From NCBI GenBank assembly GCA_010909165.1, contig VJWM01000223.1, positions 1-64,000 of the forward strand: a stretch of 64,000 bases of DNA, written 5' to 3'. Under the pieces are notes generated by a model. It searched no databases and was not told the DNA's origin. It saw only the letters and a list, made by a program, of their open reading frames with translations. The first letter of the stretch is position 1. Each line of letters starts with the position of its first letter. Both the position numbers and the translations under genes were made by a program. The DNA comes from Anthoceros angustus. Its lineage: Eukaryota > Plantae > Anthocerotophyta. This document shows, in pieces, positions 13,101 through 26,222 of this stretch.

Positions 13101-13526
13101 TCGCTCCGCCCGCTCGCTCCGTCCGGCCGCCGTTGCGCTCCGTTGTTTGAGCAGGATTACATCATTCCTAGGGTTAAGTTTCCCGGTTCCCCTACTCTGT
13201 TAGACCTCTGCTTCCACATCCCAATCCACAACCCACACTCATTCGGCTACCAGCGTGGTCGACCCCAACTTATAGACTCTAATTATTCCAAACCCCCTAT
13301 CTCACATATATAGACTTTTTAGGGAACATTAGTCCATGGGCCAAGGAACACCAAATTCCGGACCATTTATTTTCTAACCTAGGCAATAAAACAAAAAGAA
13401 CTCCATAGGCCAAGGACATTTTACTATGAATATCCCCAACTACCAATCGACTTATTTTCACACCACTCAAAAAAAACAAAAAATTCACTTGGGCACATTT
13501 TGAGTTTCGAGACTAGATCGTTTACA
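10124..13526 (-). repeat. Long LTR (~3.4 kb) of Athila-like Gypsy, left copy
   Basis: Direct repeat of 20020-24286. Minus strand begins TGTAAAC at 13526, preceded by a PPT. TATA-like TGTATAAG near 10645-10652. Confidence 0.85.
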
Positions 13527-13540
13527 TACTCCCTTCTCAT
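13527..13540 (-). other. Polypurine tract
   Basis: Minus strand ATGAGAAGGGAGTA directly abuts the LTR start TG. Confidence 0.7.
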
Positions 13541-13559
13541 TTGTTGGCGTCCCGCCAAC

Positions 13560-16500
13560 TTATATAATACTTCTTGACCCTCCACCCATTGACTCGGGTG
13601 GTAGTGGAGGTCCGCTAACTCTTGCGGTTGTCTTGAGCCATTCTTGAAGACTTGAGAACCCTATGGCCCCATCCATCGAAGGTGGAGCTTGCGGAAAGTG
13701 CATGTACCTATTGTCGTGCAATGAGGCCAAGTCAAGAATCACCCACTCTTGCTTCCATAGATTGTCATGCCATATTTTCCTTTTACTTTGAATATATCAT
13801 GACGCTCACTGTTCCCCTATCCTCTGTATGTTTAGAAGCGACCAGGCGTTCGGTGACTTTCCTCTCGCCATGCGGTTAGTTTCACAGATCGCGGTGGGAA
13901 TTTCAAACTCAATAGGCATTAGGAGAATGGCGTAGGTGAGGTAATACGGTGTTTGTTGCGTTGTTATTTTCTCTGCGATCCTGTATGCCGGGCGCGGGAA
14001 GCTTAAGATCCCGATCGTCGCGTATTCCACCGTTAGCTTGTTGAGGATCACCACAAGAGCCATTCGCCTTTTCCGTTAAGCCATTTGCCTTGGGATTATA
14101 AGGAGTCGTTTTCTGTGGCGACGTTGAAGTAGATCGTCATATGAGATATAACCGTTGTGAAATGTGACCCTCATCGTGACAAGCTCAAGGGACAGCCATA
14201 TCGGTGATAATCATTCATAGAGGAACTGGCCACTACATGGTTTTGTACTGCGTGCTTGGGCTTCCACCATACGCGTGCAATGATAGTGGCCACGAGGATG
14301 TATTGGTTTTGTCGCGTCCTCGTTTTGGTGTATGGGACCAACAAAGTCTATTCCCCATTTCTCGAATGGCGCGGGCCAATATTGGAACCATTGGCCATTG
14401 AGTGGTTGCGGACGGTTTCCCAACCCTCTGACAGGCATCGCAGCGTTTAACAAACTCCCTAGCATCCTGATGCATGGTTTGCCACCAGTACCCCGTTTCA
14501 AGCACCTTCTTGCACGTGATATGTGCAGCAAAATGTCCTCCGCTTCCCCTCGTGCATCTCGTATTTTCGGATAACGCTCCTTGTTACCCATAACTGTCCG
14601 CCCATCCGGTCCCGATCATGATTGTCTTTGCGTCGTACAAGCGGGCGAATAGTGCCTAAACGCTTTGCGGGGGTTTGAAAGATCCGATGGTATTTTCCCC
14701 GTTTCCAAGAATTCCATCATCTCCTCGTGAGTGGGCCTTGTGTATCCCGTTCTCCCCTTCTCATTTCCTGCCGAGCCACCATTTACCCTCGCCTTATGGT
14801 TGGTGCGCTTCCCCTCTAACTTTCATGTGACAGGCTTCATCGGGAAAATCGTCGTTTTGGTCCTGTGTAACCTCCTCTGTTTTCAGCCTCGAAATGTAAT
14901 CTGCATTCACATGTTTACTCCCTCCTCTGGTCTCCACCGTGAACGTGAATTCTTGCAGGAGTAGGATCCATCTTGCTATGCGTCCAGACAAGTCAGTTTT
15001 GTTTACCAGGTGTTTGAGGGCGAAGTGGTCCACATGGAAGACGAACTCGTAGGATAGCAAATAGTGACGAAACTTGCGAACCGAGTACACCATCCTAGCG
15101 CCTCCTCTCGGTGGTGGTATACTTCTTCTGCGTCGGTGCTGCCTCCTGCATAATAGATTGGATAATCGTGCTTCTTGTCATCCCTTTGGCTTAGAATGGT
15201 ACCGATTGCATAGGCGAAGCGTCTACAAACACGTGGAACTTCTTGTTCGATCGGCCCCGCGTGGGTCTTGTGATCGGTGGTGCGAAGATCATTGAAGGCC
15301 TCCTCTCGTTTTGCGTCCATTCCACTCCGGTCCTTGCGAAGCAATTACATGGCGGGTGCCCTTACGGAGAAATTCTTCACAAACCTTGATAATAGCCTAC
15401 CATTCGAGGAATCCCTAAGCTCCTTGATTGTGGTAGGTGGCTTGAGGTAATGATTTTGACCTTATCCGGGTCGACCTCTATCCCATGGCAATCGGTGCCC
15501 CAACAAAATACCCTCGGCATGCCGAAATAACACTTCTCGGGATGTAGACACAATTGTCTGCATTGACCGTTCGGACATTTGCGAAGGTGGTTGAGGTGAT
15601 CTTTTGCTGCTCCAAACACGCGAAGTCATCCGGAAGACCTCCATGAAGTCCCTAAGGTATTCCTTGAAAATCTTGACAATCGCATGAAGGATCACGGTGC
15701 CCTGTTAATCCGAGCGCTCCGTTTGTAGGCATAGGTTCCCGATCATAGTGAAGGTGGGGCCAATCACTCTCACGAGATGTGATTATACCCGAATACCCAT
15801 CCGAGCAGGTAGACCATTCTCCCGCTAAGTCCGATTATGTTGTCTATGAATGGAAGCGGGTAATGGTCTTTTTGGTCACCTTGTTTAACTTCCTCCAATC
15901 TGGGACCGTATCTTCCCTTACGCTTTTTGGGAACCACCACAATTGGGGCTACCCACTCCGATGTCACAATAGGATATATGGCGTGCAAGTAGAGCTCAAT
16001 TGTTCCTTTACCTTGAATACTTTGGATTTAGCTTGTATTGCGGTATCCGGGGCACGGCTCGAGATCAATCTTGTGCTCCCCACTCCCTCGGTATACCCTT
16101 CATATACGTAACGTCAAAAGCAAAACGTGGATAAATTCCATGCAATTTGTTTCATACCCCTTTCCAAGTCTGCATTCATCCTTCGAAAACTTAAGGACCT
16201 TGCCGGGCAACACTTCCACATCCTTGACCTCATCCGTGCATGCCTCTCTCTCCACCGGCGGATGTGATGCGAACCCTTCCTCCTGTCTTGGTTCTCCTTG
16301 GCGCATTCCCCATTCCGGAATAGGTCGTCGAGGTAAAGCGTGAGACACCCTCCTCGCACCCTCGAAGTTTGTCCGGATCGCTCGGCTCACCTCTACTTCT
16401 TGTTCCTCGACCTCTCCGGTCTCCTCTCCGACCACGGGTTGTCAATTGTGACTCCATAGCACCCTAATAGGTTGATGGAATGGGAATATCTCTCCGTGTA

Positions 16501-19500
16501 TCGTCCTCTTCATCGACCACGAAATATGCGAATGGGAATTTCTCCTTCTCATCCTCTCCCAGGTATCTTGAGGTGTATCCCTCCGTTTCGTGGGTGTCTC
16601 CCTGCGTCGTATCTGCTCCAAGTCAAACATATCCTTCCTCCTTAATTTTGGGGTCCCGTCCAGGTTTGAATCCACTTCCTTTCTCGCCCATTTGAAGGTG
16701 CAACGTGCCCCATACATCCATGTTCGTCAATGAGAACCTCATACCACAGCGCTTTTTGTTTAATGACCACGTAGTCCATGAGGTGCGGAATGGTACCAAT
16801 ATGGGTTAGGACTCCGTCGGCTCCCCTACCGGCGCCATTTTGGACATGTCCGCAACACCTTTGATGTATGTTCTCTGCAACCCAAGCTTAGGCGGTCTCC
16901 TCTGTCATGATGTTGACTCGACCCGGAATCTAGCGGCACCTTCTTGATTACACATCCATAATTTCTATCTAGCTCCAGGTCACAGTCCATCATGGCCACC
17001 ATATTCACAGCAAGGGATTTCGGCCTTGGGGTGGAAAGGTTCCGTCTCTTCTTGGGTTGTGCCGCCTTCAATGCCCCAGTTCTTTGGCGGTCTGCGGATT
17101 CCACGAGGCATGAGCGTTATCATGAACTTTTGGTCCATGATAGCGTCATAAATTGAAAGGAACACTGTGCTTTGTTTCTCCTTGCCAACCCCACCGTCAT
17201 TTCATCCATGATGGTATTTGAGATGTTGCGGTCGTTGAAGCAGGCGTGGGTGGGTCGGTGGGTCGATGGCCAAAATACGGCCGAGTCTGTTCGATTCTTG
17301 TCGGATCATATCCATAACCTTCCACGACATCGGTGAGCGCCGACTCATCCTTTTTTCCTCTTGCGGGTTTTCGCCCCATGTGTCGACTCGAGTCCACTTC
17401 GTCCGTCCTTGTTTTACCCCTCGAATCCAGCGGTCTCTGCTAAGGAGTTACACTGTGATGCCATCCGAAATCGCAACCCTCGCGTTAAGTGTGGCGTTAG
17501 TGCCTTGCTCCCGTCCATTTTGGATTCGCATGCCCTTTTCTTTTTCGGCTCCCATCGAGTCCCTCGTCGATTTTGTGGTTGGACTTCTCTTCCTTCCCGC
17601 TTTGATGAAGCGCCTCTTCCTCCTCACTTGCGGACGTTATGCTCCCACTCCGTTCTTCTTCCTTTTTCCTCGCTCCCCTTCTTAGGGTGTCGCCTTCCTC
17701 TCGCCGCTCCGTGTCCGAGACCATCGCGGGGTTCCGTAATACCCACTATCCACATCCCCAACCCTTCCGGGCTCCTCGTGCAGCCTCGGAATCCTCCATC
17801 TGACCATGGCGCATCTTGACTTGCATTGCGGCAGCGGGCTTTCTTGTCGGGGGTGGGTCGCCGGAGGTTGAGCGATCCTCACTGTTTTTTCGGTGTCTGG
17901 CGGAGGCCACGTGACTGATTGCTTGCGGTCCACACGTCTTTCAAAATCACCATTCCCTGGCGAGATGCGGAGGGGCATCCAGCAAGATGCGAACCCTCGG
18001 CAATTGTAACCTTGGGCGGCACTCATTTGCGGGGTTCCTTGCCATCGATTGCGAATGCCCATGCACGTGGGGTTTCGCAAACTCGAGTACAAAGTTTTGG
18101 TACCAGATCGGTGTTGCCTCTTGAATTTGGTATGTATCTTCCAAGCACATCTCCTCATCCTCTTCCTCGTAGCCCAGTGGTTGCACTTTTGTTTGTGGAT
18201 TCGACCTCGAGTGCCCTCATCCACAAGTTGAGCGAAGAGATTCGCCCGCGCTCCGGTAGCAACCCTTCTTCTATCATGGTCCTTGATGGCATTAAGATGG
18301 AGTTTCTCGGTTTGACCATCATTTCCTCCATCTTGTTCCCTTGTTGCTCCACTTTTTTTGGCTGTTTCCACCTCTCTTCTCACACTCCGCGTCCTTTCGT
18401 GCATATAGCGGCTCCTTCCCTTTTGCACGTCGTCTTGTTTCCAGTCATTTTTCCCTTCTTCCTTCTATCCCTTGATTTCGCTCATCGTGAATTCTCCTCC
18501 GAATCCTCATGGTCTCCTCTTGGTGGAGCTACCGGGAGTCGGTTGAAAACTATCCTCCTCCATGAGCTGTCATCGGAGGCGAATAGTACTTCTTCTTCTT
18601 TTGTATTTCTTTTGTATTTCTTTTTGTCCTTAGTGCGCCCTTGTTGAGTTCTTCTTCTCTTCCGCGTTGGACTCCTCATAGTTCGAGCGGCTTTAATCGC
18701 CCGATCCAAATCTTTCGGCACATACGTGCCTTCCCATCTCCAATCCTCTTGCAAACCGGTGAATGGCCATTAGCTCAGTGCGGACCGGCCCGATCCGTGG
18801 GGCTGGAACCTTTCCACATAAGCTGCGGTCTCCTTCTTCCCTCTCAATCCCTCCAGTTTGGACAAGACATATCCTTCCACATCGACCCCTCTGATCTTTC
18901 ACAAAAGCTCTCTTCAAGGCCCCAAAGTAGGCGGGGTGTGGAAGCTATGTACTCCGCTTGTACCACTTGGCGCCGCTCGCGTAAGACTCCATAAAGCAGT
19001 GGGCACGATCGCATCCTCACGGTTGTGGCGTCAGCTCAAAGCAGCTCGACAAACTCGTCGGGATCCTCATGGCCCTTCTTTTCTCCATACGGGTAAGATT
19101 GCTTGTAGTAACAAAGATCGGCCATAAGGTAGTACTTTCAGCGATTGGTAGTTGGCGCCACTACGTGCGGGTGACCTCTACATTCACAGTTATTTGGTGC
19201 GGTGGTCTAGGCAATTTGGGCGAGATCAAAAGACAAGGTGGAATCGGGTACACGGCCCCTTATGCTCGTAGTCGAGGTTGGGAATCGAATCCGTTAAGAT
19301 CGATCCCTAGTTAGAGTTGACTCCTGCCCCTTCCTCGTCCGGCAAGTGTGATCTCCGCCCGTGCTCTCCTCGTAACTCTGCAATCTTTCCGCTTGGCGTT
19401 GCCGTCTTGCGAGCGTTTCCCCAGTCGGATCGAATCGCTTGTCTCCACCGAGGCATCCATCAATCTAGTAATGCTAGACTCTCGTAAGCTAGGGTTAGTC

Positions 19501-19740
19501 CTTCCTCGTCCTTGGCGATTCCATTCCCCAGCGGCGCCAAAATGTGGAGTGTGGATTGTGTCCGGGGACACCGTGAGGTCCACATTCACCCTCAATGTCG
19601 TTGTAGGCTTAGGATTCGCTCCCAAGGGAATGGTTTGTGCCGAGGCGCTAACTTCTATCATCGACCTTCACCTAAGTCAAGACTTACTTGCTATTACTCC
19701 TCTTACCTATCTACTCAACCACTACTACCCCCTTGTCTAG
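13560..19740 (-). mobile_element. Athila-like (non-chromovirus) Ty3/Gypsy gag-pol, frameshifted
   Basis: Protease VPLDSGSS (~16915-16940); RT IYPIVTSEWVAPIVVVPKK and KDHYPLPFID (ORF 15770..15988); RNase H VRKFRHYLL...DHFALKHL...GRIARWILLLQEF (14794..15093); integrase GYWWQTMHQDAREFVKRCDACQR and PFEKWGIDFVGPI (~14330-14505). Gag start approximate. Confidence 0.9.
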
Positions 19741-20000
19741 CCACCACTCTTATTCCACGGCAAATCTCATTCCACGTCTGTCACACCGGTGCTCTCACGG
19801 TAGTTGCCACCGGTGGGTCCCACCCAAACCCTAGCGACTTATTTCCGGCCGCGCGCGGATCCCGCAGGCGTCACCATGCGGATCGGCTTTGTGCACTCCA
19901 CACACACACACACCGATTCCTAGGGACCTAAATTCCACAAATCCTCACGCTCCACACACACACAAAGGCGCCACACTCACACAACTTTACAAGGGGCTGT

Positions 20001-20019
20001 TCCCCTTGCACTTCCACCA
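20001..20019 (-). other. Primer-binding site
   Basis: Minus strand TGGTGGAAGTGCAAGGGGA immediately inside the 5' LTR, complementary to a tRNA 3' ...ACCA end. The tRNA was not identified. Confidence 0.6.
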
Positions 20020-23000
20020 GACGGTTTGGTTTCTTTTGGATTCACACAATCTCCTTTGCTAGCCTCTCAATTAGTTCCCTTCTCAACCCTCTCACACCTC
20101 GCGCCAGCGTCTGATTGTTTAGTCACTCCTTCACCCAATCTTCTCCCTCTCTCTCTCTCTCCCTCAACTCGCCCGAGCTTCCAACCATCCACTCAACACT
20201 CTCAATTGAACACAACTAGCGAGGACAAGTGTGAAGGAAAAAGAACCCCAGGCGTCCACGGCGGGCGTTGAGCAAGCTCCGGACCGCCCGCGCCAATCCC
20301 TTGGTTTCCTTCCTCCTTTGTGCCAAGATTGCTTTCACCCCTCCTCCCAGTGCGGAGCAAGCTCTCGACCACCCCTAGGGCGTCTCGCGCCTCACCTGTC
20401 AATCGGACGTCTCCAACCAGCCACAGGCGTGGGGATCTCAACCAGGAATTGCTCGGCGTGAGGGACCTAATTGCCCCTCTTATACATCGGTGGGGCACCA
20501 TGCCCGGATTTTAGGTCCTAAGATGGCTATCGCGAAGGCGCCCACAATTCGGGCGATCCTAGGTCGATCGGCATCCTAACCAAATTATCTTTAGGTTGCT
20601 ACCTCACCTCGCTCTGCGCGCCCTACCTCGACTTGGCCGTCGGCCCCTCGTCCTCCATTGCTGCCGCCACGAGCTCTCGCCGCCTGGTCGGACGGGTTCT
20701 CCACACTACTTCCACCTCACATCGCTGGGCGTCCGAATTTGAGGTGTACCACCCTGGGGCTTCGCATCTTCGGCCGCCTATTCGAGGATTATTCGGCTCC
20801 TCGTCCACCCAAGCTGGACCTCCTCCTCGCTCAACTCCTCCAAAGTCGCCTCCGCGCATAATAGGAGCCAACCCCACACGGGCGCGGTGGTAGAAGTATG
20901 CGCCGGGTCCTCACTTGCGATGGTAGGCCACAGATCCCTCCTATTTCCACACGCACATGGGCGGTGAGGTTAAGCACGCGTTCTCCATTCACATATAGAC
21001 CGACATAAGTTTCCTCATCCATGTGCCGTAATATAATAGGACCCTGCTGCGGTGAGGTGCTTACCCCTCCTCCGTAGGCTACACACAGTTGCAGCCTATG
21101 TCCTCGCGGGCGCCACGTCGCATCCCGCCCGCCTGCACTGCCCGGGTTGGTTGCGCCAATGTCGGTGGCGGTTTCGACTACGTAGTGGACTCCACGGCGT
21201 CGTTCGTTCGACAACCGCGGTAGGTGAGGTTTCGGCTACCTCGGTTCTTTGCTTCCTTCCTCGGTAGGCCCTTCCGCTACTCGATCGTGGTCCTGCTACC
21301 CGCTTCCTTCCCTTTGTCTTTTACGGCGCCACGTGCCTCATCCGCTCCGCTTATATCGCTCGCTAGCTTATGGGCCTTTTCCGAGGCCGCTTCACGCTCT
21401 GGGCTGCAACAACTCCCCGCATCTCTGGTTCGCCTCGTGGGCATCCTTAATTTGAGCCATGAGTGCTTCCTGCTGGCTCGTCATGGCTTGCAACTTCTCA
21501 CAGGCCTGCACAAATCTTCTTGAATCTTGGCCCTTATTTCCTCTAGGTTCCGCTTGTCTTCCTCCATTGCTTGCGCTTGGCCTCCTCTTCGTCAAACTGG
21601 CCTTCACCACTTCCTCCGTCGCGCACCGAGCGGTGAGAGCTAAAGCCGCTTGATCCAACAAATGCTTGGGCCCGGATCATCGGCGTGGTCGGCTCCTCGT
21701 CCACCCAAGCTGGACCTCCTCCTCGCTCAACTCCTCCAAAGTCGCCTCCGCGCATAATAGGAGCCAACCCCACACCGGCGCGATGGTAGAAGTATGCGCC
21801 GGGTCCTCACTTGCGATGGTAGGCCCCATCCCTCCTATTTCCACACGCACATGGGCGGTGAGGTTAAGCCGCGTTCTCCATTCACATATAGACCGGCACA
21901 TAAGTTTCCTCATCCATGTGCCGTAATATAATAGGACCCTCTGCGGTGAGGTGCTTACCCCTCCTCCGTAGGCTACACAGTTGCAGCCTATGTCCTCGCG
22001 CCACGTCGCCCCGCCCGCCCCACCGGGTTGGTTGCGCCAATGTCGGTGGCGGTTTCGACTATGATGTGGACTCCACGGCCGTCGTTCGTTCGACAACCGC
22101 GGTAGGTGAGGTTTCGGCTACCTCGGTTCTTTGCTTCCTTCCGCTCGGTAGGCCCGCTACTCGATCGTGGTCCTGCTACCCGCTTCCTTCCCTTTGTCTT
22201 TTACGGCCCGCGTGCCTCATCCGCTCCCCTCGCTAGCTTATGGGCCTTTTCCGAGGCCGCTTCACGCTCTGGGCAACAACTCCCCATCTCTGGTTCGTCT
22301 CGTGGGCATCCTTAATTTGAGCCATGAGTGCTTCCTGGCTCGTCATGGCTTGCTTCTCACAGGCCTGCACAAATCTTCTTGAATCTTGGCCCTTATTTCC
22401 TCTAGGTTCCGCTTGTCTTCCTCCGGTTGCTTGCTTGGCCTCCTCTTCGTCAAACTGGCCTTCACCACTTCCTCCGTCGCCCTGCGAGCCGGTGAGAGCT
22501 AAAGCCGCTTGATCCAACAAATCTTGGGCGGATCATCGGCGTGGTCACTCCTGCAAGTCCACTTGTTGTGGCGGCCCCGCCCCATCCCTCTCGAGAACTT
22601 TCCTCCCAGTGCGCACCCTCACCAATTCGGTTGCATCCACCTCTGTTGCGGTGGAGTCCCTTGAAAATCTCTTCCCATCTTTGAGGAGGGTCCGCCTCGA
22701 GGTCGACCTAAACCCTCGGAGTTGATTCATCATCGCATCCAGTCGGCAAAATTGTCCTCGGATCGCGCCTCCTCTTCGCCACCTCCAAGCCCGTTTGGCT
22801 TTCATTTTCAGTGGCGCGCTTTTCGACACAGTGGCCAGCGCGCATCCTTCACCTTTTTCGTGATGCCCTTTCACCCCGGTCTTCCTCCTTTTCTTTGGTG
22901 GGAATTTCCTTCTCCTCCTCCAGGCGCACTGTCGCCACCGACTCCCGGCTATCCGATTTTTCCTCCTTGGGCTCCTCCGCCTTCCATTTCACCTCCCTAA

Positions 23001-24286
23001 GCTTCCACATGTGGAGGAGGCTACAATCTCCACCTCGGCGTTAGCGTAAACATAAAGATGGACCGAAATGGTGAGATTAGAGAGGCGAGGCGGAGGAAAT
23101 CAAGTTCAACCTCTCTTCACACAACTTGTCGAGAATTACTTAATCGATCTTCGCCCCTTGACCACTTCATGAAGGAGCGGCAAGTGGTCGACAAATAATC
23201 AGCTTCTTGTCTGCGAAACATAGGAGCCATGGCGGACCCATCAAGCTGCATTGCCAAATCCCTCGTCAACCGGCCGTTGGGTTCGCGTCGCCCGCTTTAA
23301 CGGGCGGCTGCTGCTCTTGCCGTGCTTCTTTTCTGGGCGGCTCCATCACCAACCGCCCGCCTCCTCCTTGCCCGCCCATACACCCTTCTAACTCCGGTCC
23401 CAATCCTGCGGCTTTCTAAATCCCCGCTTTGGTATGTCCTTGGTGTGGCGCACTCTGCACGGTCCAGTTCATGTAATTCCACCGCTCTTCCATGAAACCC
23501 GGCTTGACTCCTTCACGCTCCCAGCTCGAACTTTCCAATGATCCATGTTCGGCCATTGGGCAAGCACAATTTCGGTGGTGACCTTGGGCGCCATCCCTCT
23601 CACGGTCTTCTGGTCTCGCGCCACAACCGCGCCACCTCTGCGAATTTCACGGAGGTCGGTCTCGGGTTCCTACCTCCTCGGCAAGGGCGCCCGGCGTCGC
23701 GCCTTCCTCCTCTGCGTCGCGCCTCGCGATGTCGGCGGGGTTGAGCTCCTTCCCGTCGTTGCGCCTCGCGCCCTCCTGCGATCACGGTGCCCCGGACCAC
23801 GGCTCCTCGACTTCGCGCTTGACCGTCGTCGCGCTCCGCTCGCTCCGTCCGGCCGCCGTTGCGCTCCGTTGTTTGAGCAGGATTACATCATTTCCTAGGG
23901 TTAAGTTTCCCAGGTTCCCCTACTCCTGTTCGACCTCCACGACCGCTTCCCCACATCCCGATCCACAACCTCACACTCATTCGGCTACCGCCGCGTCGGT
24001 CGACCCCAACTTATAGACTCTAATTATTCCAAAACCCCCCCCCTATCTCACATATATAGACTCTTTTTTAGGGAACATTCCGAGTCCATGGGCCAAGGAA
24101 CACCAAATTCCCGGACCATTTATTTTCTAACCTAGGCAATAAAACAAAAAGAACTCCATAGGCCAAGGACATTTTACTATGAATATCCCCAACTACCGTC
24201 AATCGACTTATTTTCACACCACTCTCGGCCAAAAAACAAAAATTCACTTGAGGCACATTTTGAGGTTTCGAGACTAGATCGTTACA
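20020..24286 (-). repeat. Long 5' LTR (~4.3 kb) of Athila-like Gypsy with ~0.9 kb internal tandem duplication
   Basis: Matches 10124-13526. Minus strand starts TGTAACGATC at 24286. Segment ~20794-21690 is repeated at ~21690-22545. Confidence 0.85.
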
Positions 24287-26222
24287 AATGCCGGCGGTGA
24301 TGGTCACCAACATGGCCGTGGCGCAAAACGGCCAGTGGTGCATCTGGCGTCGTGAGGTTGATCCTGGCCAGGCGTCCGTGCATCGGTGATTGGTTGTTTG
24401 CAATCCATGGATTAAAATCGCCTTCTTTGGTTTGACGAGTCTTGACCGTGAAGGGCTGAAGTCGCCATCACACGCTCCGCCGCCTCGCGTCTTGTAAGGG
24501 CGGCATCACGGTGGGCGATTGGAGGCGAGTGGTGTCGTGAAGGACCAATTGATTGATCGGTGCATCGCTTGGCGGTAGTGGGCCGCCGTGACACCGGGAT
24601 TCGCGGTAAAGTACGTGGTGTGGTGCTAAGGTGGTCCTATAATGGATTTGGAAGCGGATCATACACCGCAAAACACCTTGCGCATGTGGCGTGCCCCAAT
24701 TCCAGGCGTGGGAAGATAAGTGGCGCACTCCTTTGAGTGCGCAAGTACCCGGCTGGGAAGCGAGCGGCCCGAAGCGTTCACGGAATTACAGGCGTTCTTG
24801 TTATCGTGGAGTCTCATCATGAGACATGCAATGTTGAGAATTTTCCATATGACCCGCGAGGACTTGTTCGAACTTGCGGAAGGGGATGAGCAGGCAATCG
24901 TTTGTGTGGACTAGCTTGTGAAGGGCGTTTACGTAGTTGGAACATCACCTCTTTATGCATCAAGTTTTTGATCATTGGCCTAAGGAGGTTTCGATGTATA
25001 GGCGGCGGGGAGAAACACAGAGACTTGCGTGGTCGAAGGTGTGGCTTAGCCATTTGCATCAGCGGAGACGATCGCCGCCGGCTATCCAAAACTTTTATCG
25101 CCTATTTGCTTGTCTGCGGACGAGAATTTTGGAGTGGGATGAGCCCTGAGTGCTGGTACTTGCTGAACAACAACGTGGGTGGATATTTGCGCACACAATG
25201 CATCGACAAAGCGATTACTACGTGAATGGGTTGAATGGACCACGGATGGCGGTCAAGGCGAGCTTGGCGGTGATGAGGAAGAGGAGCTAATGGCTCGACA
25301 TCGAGCAGAAGCAGCGATTGGGAAAGCGCAAGTAGATGAGTACTTTGATCACGAAGAGCGGTGGCGGCTCTCGGCAGCGGCCCGACTGGCGACCCTCCGA
25401 ACCCGGCGGTATGTTTGACGGTTCTCTGAGAAGATTTTATAGGATATGAAAATGCCCAAAGTGCTGCTTTGACGTGTGTGCCGCTACTTTGGCGGGGGCC
25501 ATTGGCGATTCGAGTTTTGTGGATTTGATCAATCACGTCTTTGTGCAAACACTTAGCAAAGTGCGGTTTATGGTTATTACCCTCCGCACTAGTTACAGTC
25601 ATCACGTGTCACAGCGGCTATGCGGCCCGTAAGCGCGGCGGTATCATGACATCTGATGTGATAACTTGTGAGTGGATATGTTGATTAGATAGGATGTGAA
25701 TGAGCATGGTATGCATGCCCACATAAGCATGCACACATAAGCATCTTTGATAACCATGTGTGTGACCTGCGGAGGCCGTGAACGCCGCGTAACAGCGGGT
25801 AGCGGACCGTCTTTGGGCGGCGTCACGGCGGAATTATGGCGCGCCATGGGCGGCGATCCTCTTGGGCGTCAAGGCGCGCAGCGGGTGCATGATCGGCGGG
25901 AAGGCGCGCCAAGCATTTAAGCGATATAAAGTAGGCTCCAATCCGCGGTGGCAAGCGGATTGCGATGTTGTTCTTACAGGCGACCATACAGTCCCAATGA
26001 AGAAGGGTGCGGAGTTCCTTTGACAATCACGGCTCAGGAGGTGCGGGTGGATGGGCTTAGACCCGATTGAAGGGCGAATTTTGCCATTGGCGATTCGAGT
26101 TTTGTGGCTTTGATCAATCGTCTTGTGCAAACACTTAACTTAAGTGCGGTTTATGGTTATTACCCTCCGCACTAGTTACAGTCATCACGTGTCACAGCGG
26201 CTATGCGGCCCGTGGCGCGACA
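24287..26222 (+). mobile_element. Probable remainder of the DNMT-Gypsy 3' LTR
   Basis: Ends GCGCGACA (inverted match to TGTCGCGC at 9422). TATA-like GATATAAAG ~25923. ~135 bp direct repeat 25500-25635 / 26085-26220. Directly abuts the middle of an array unit. Confidence 0.5.
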
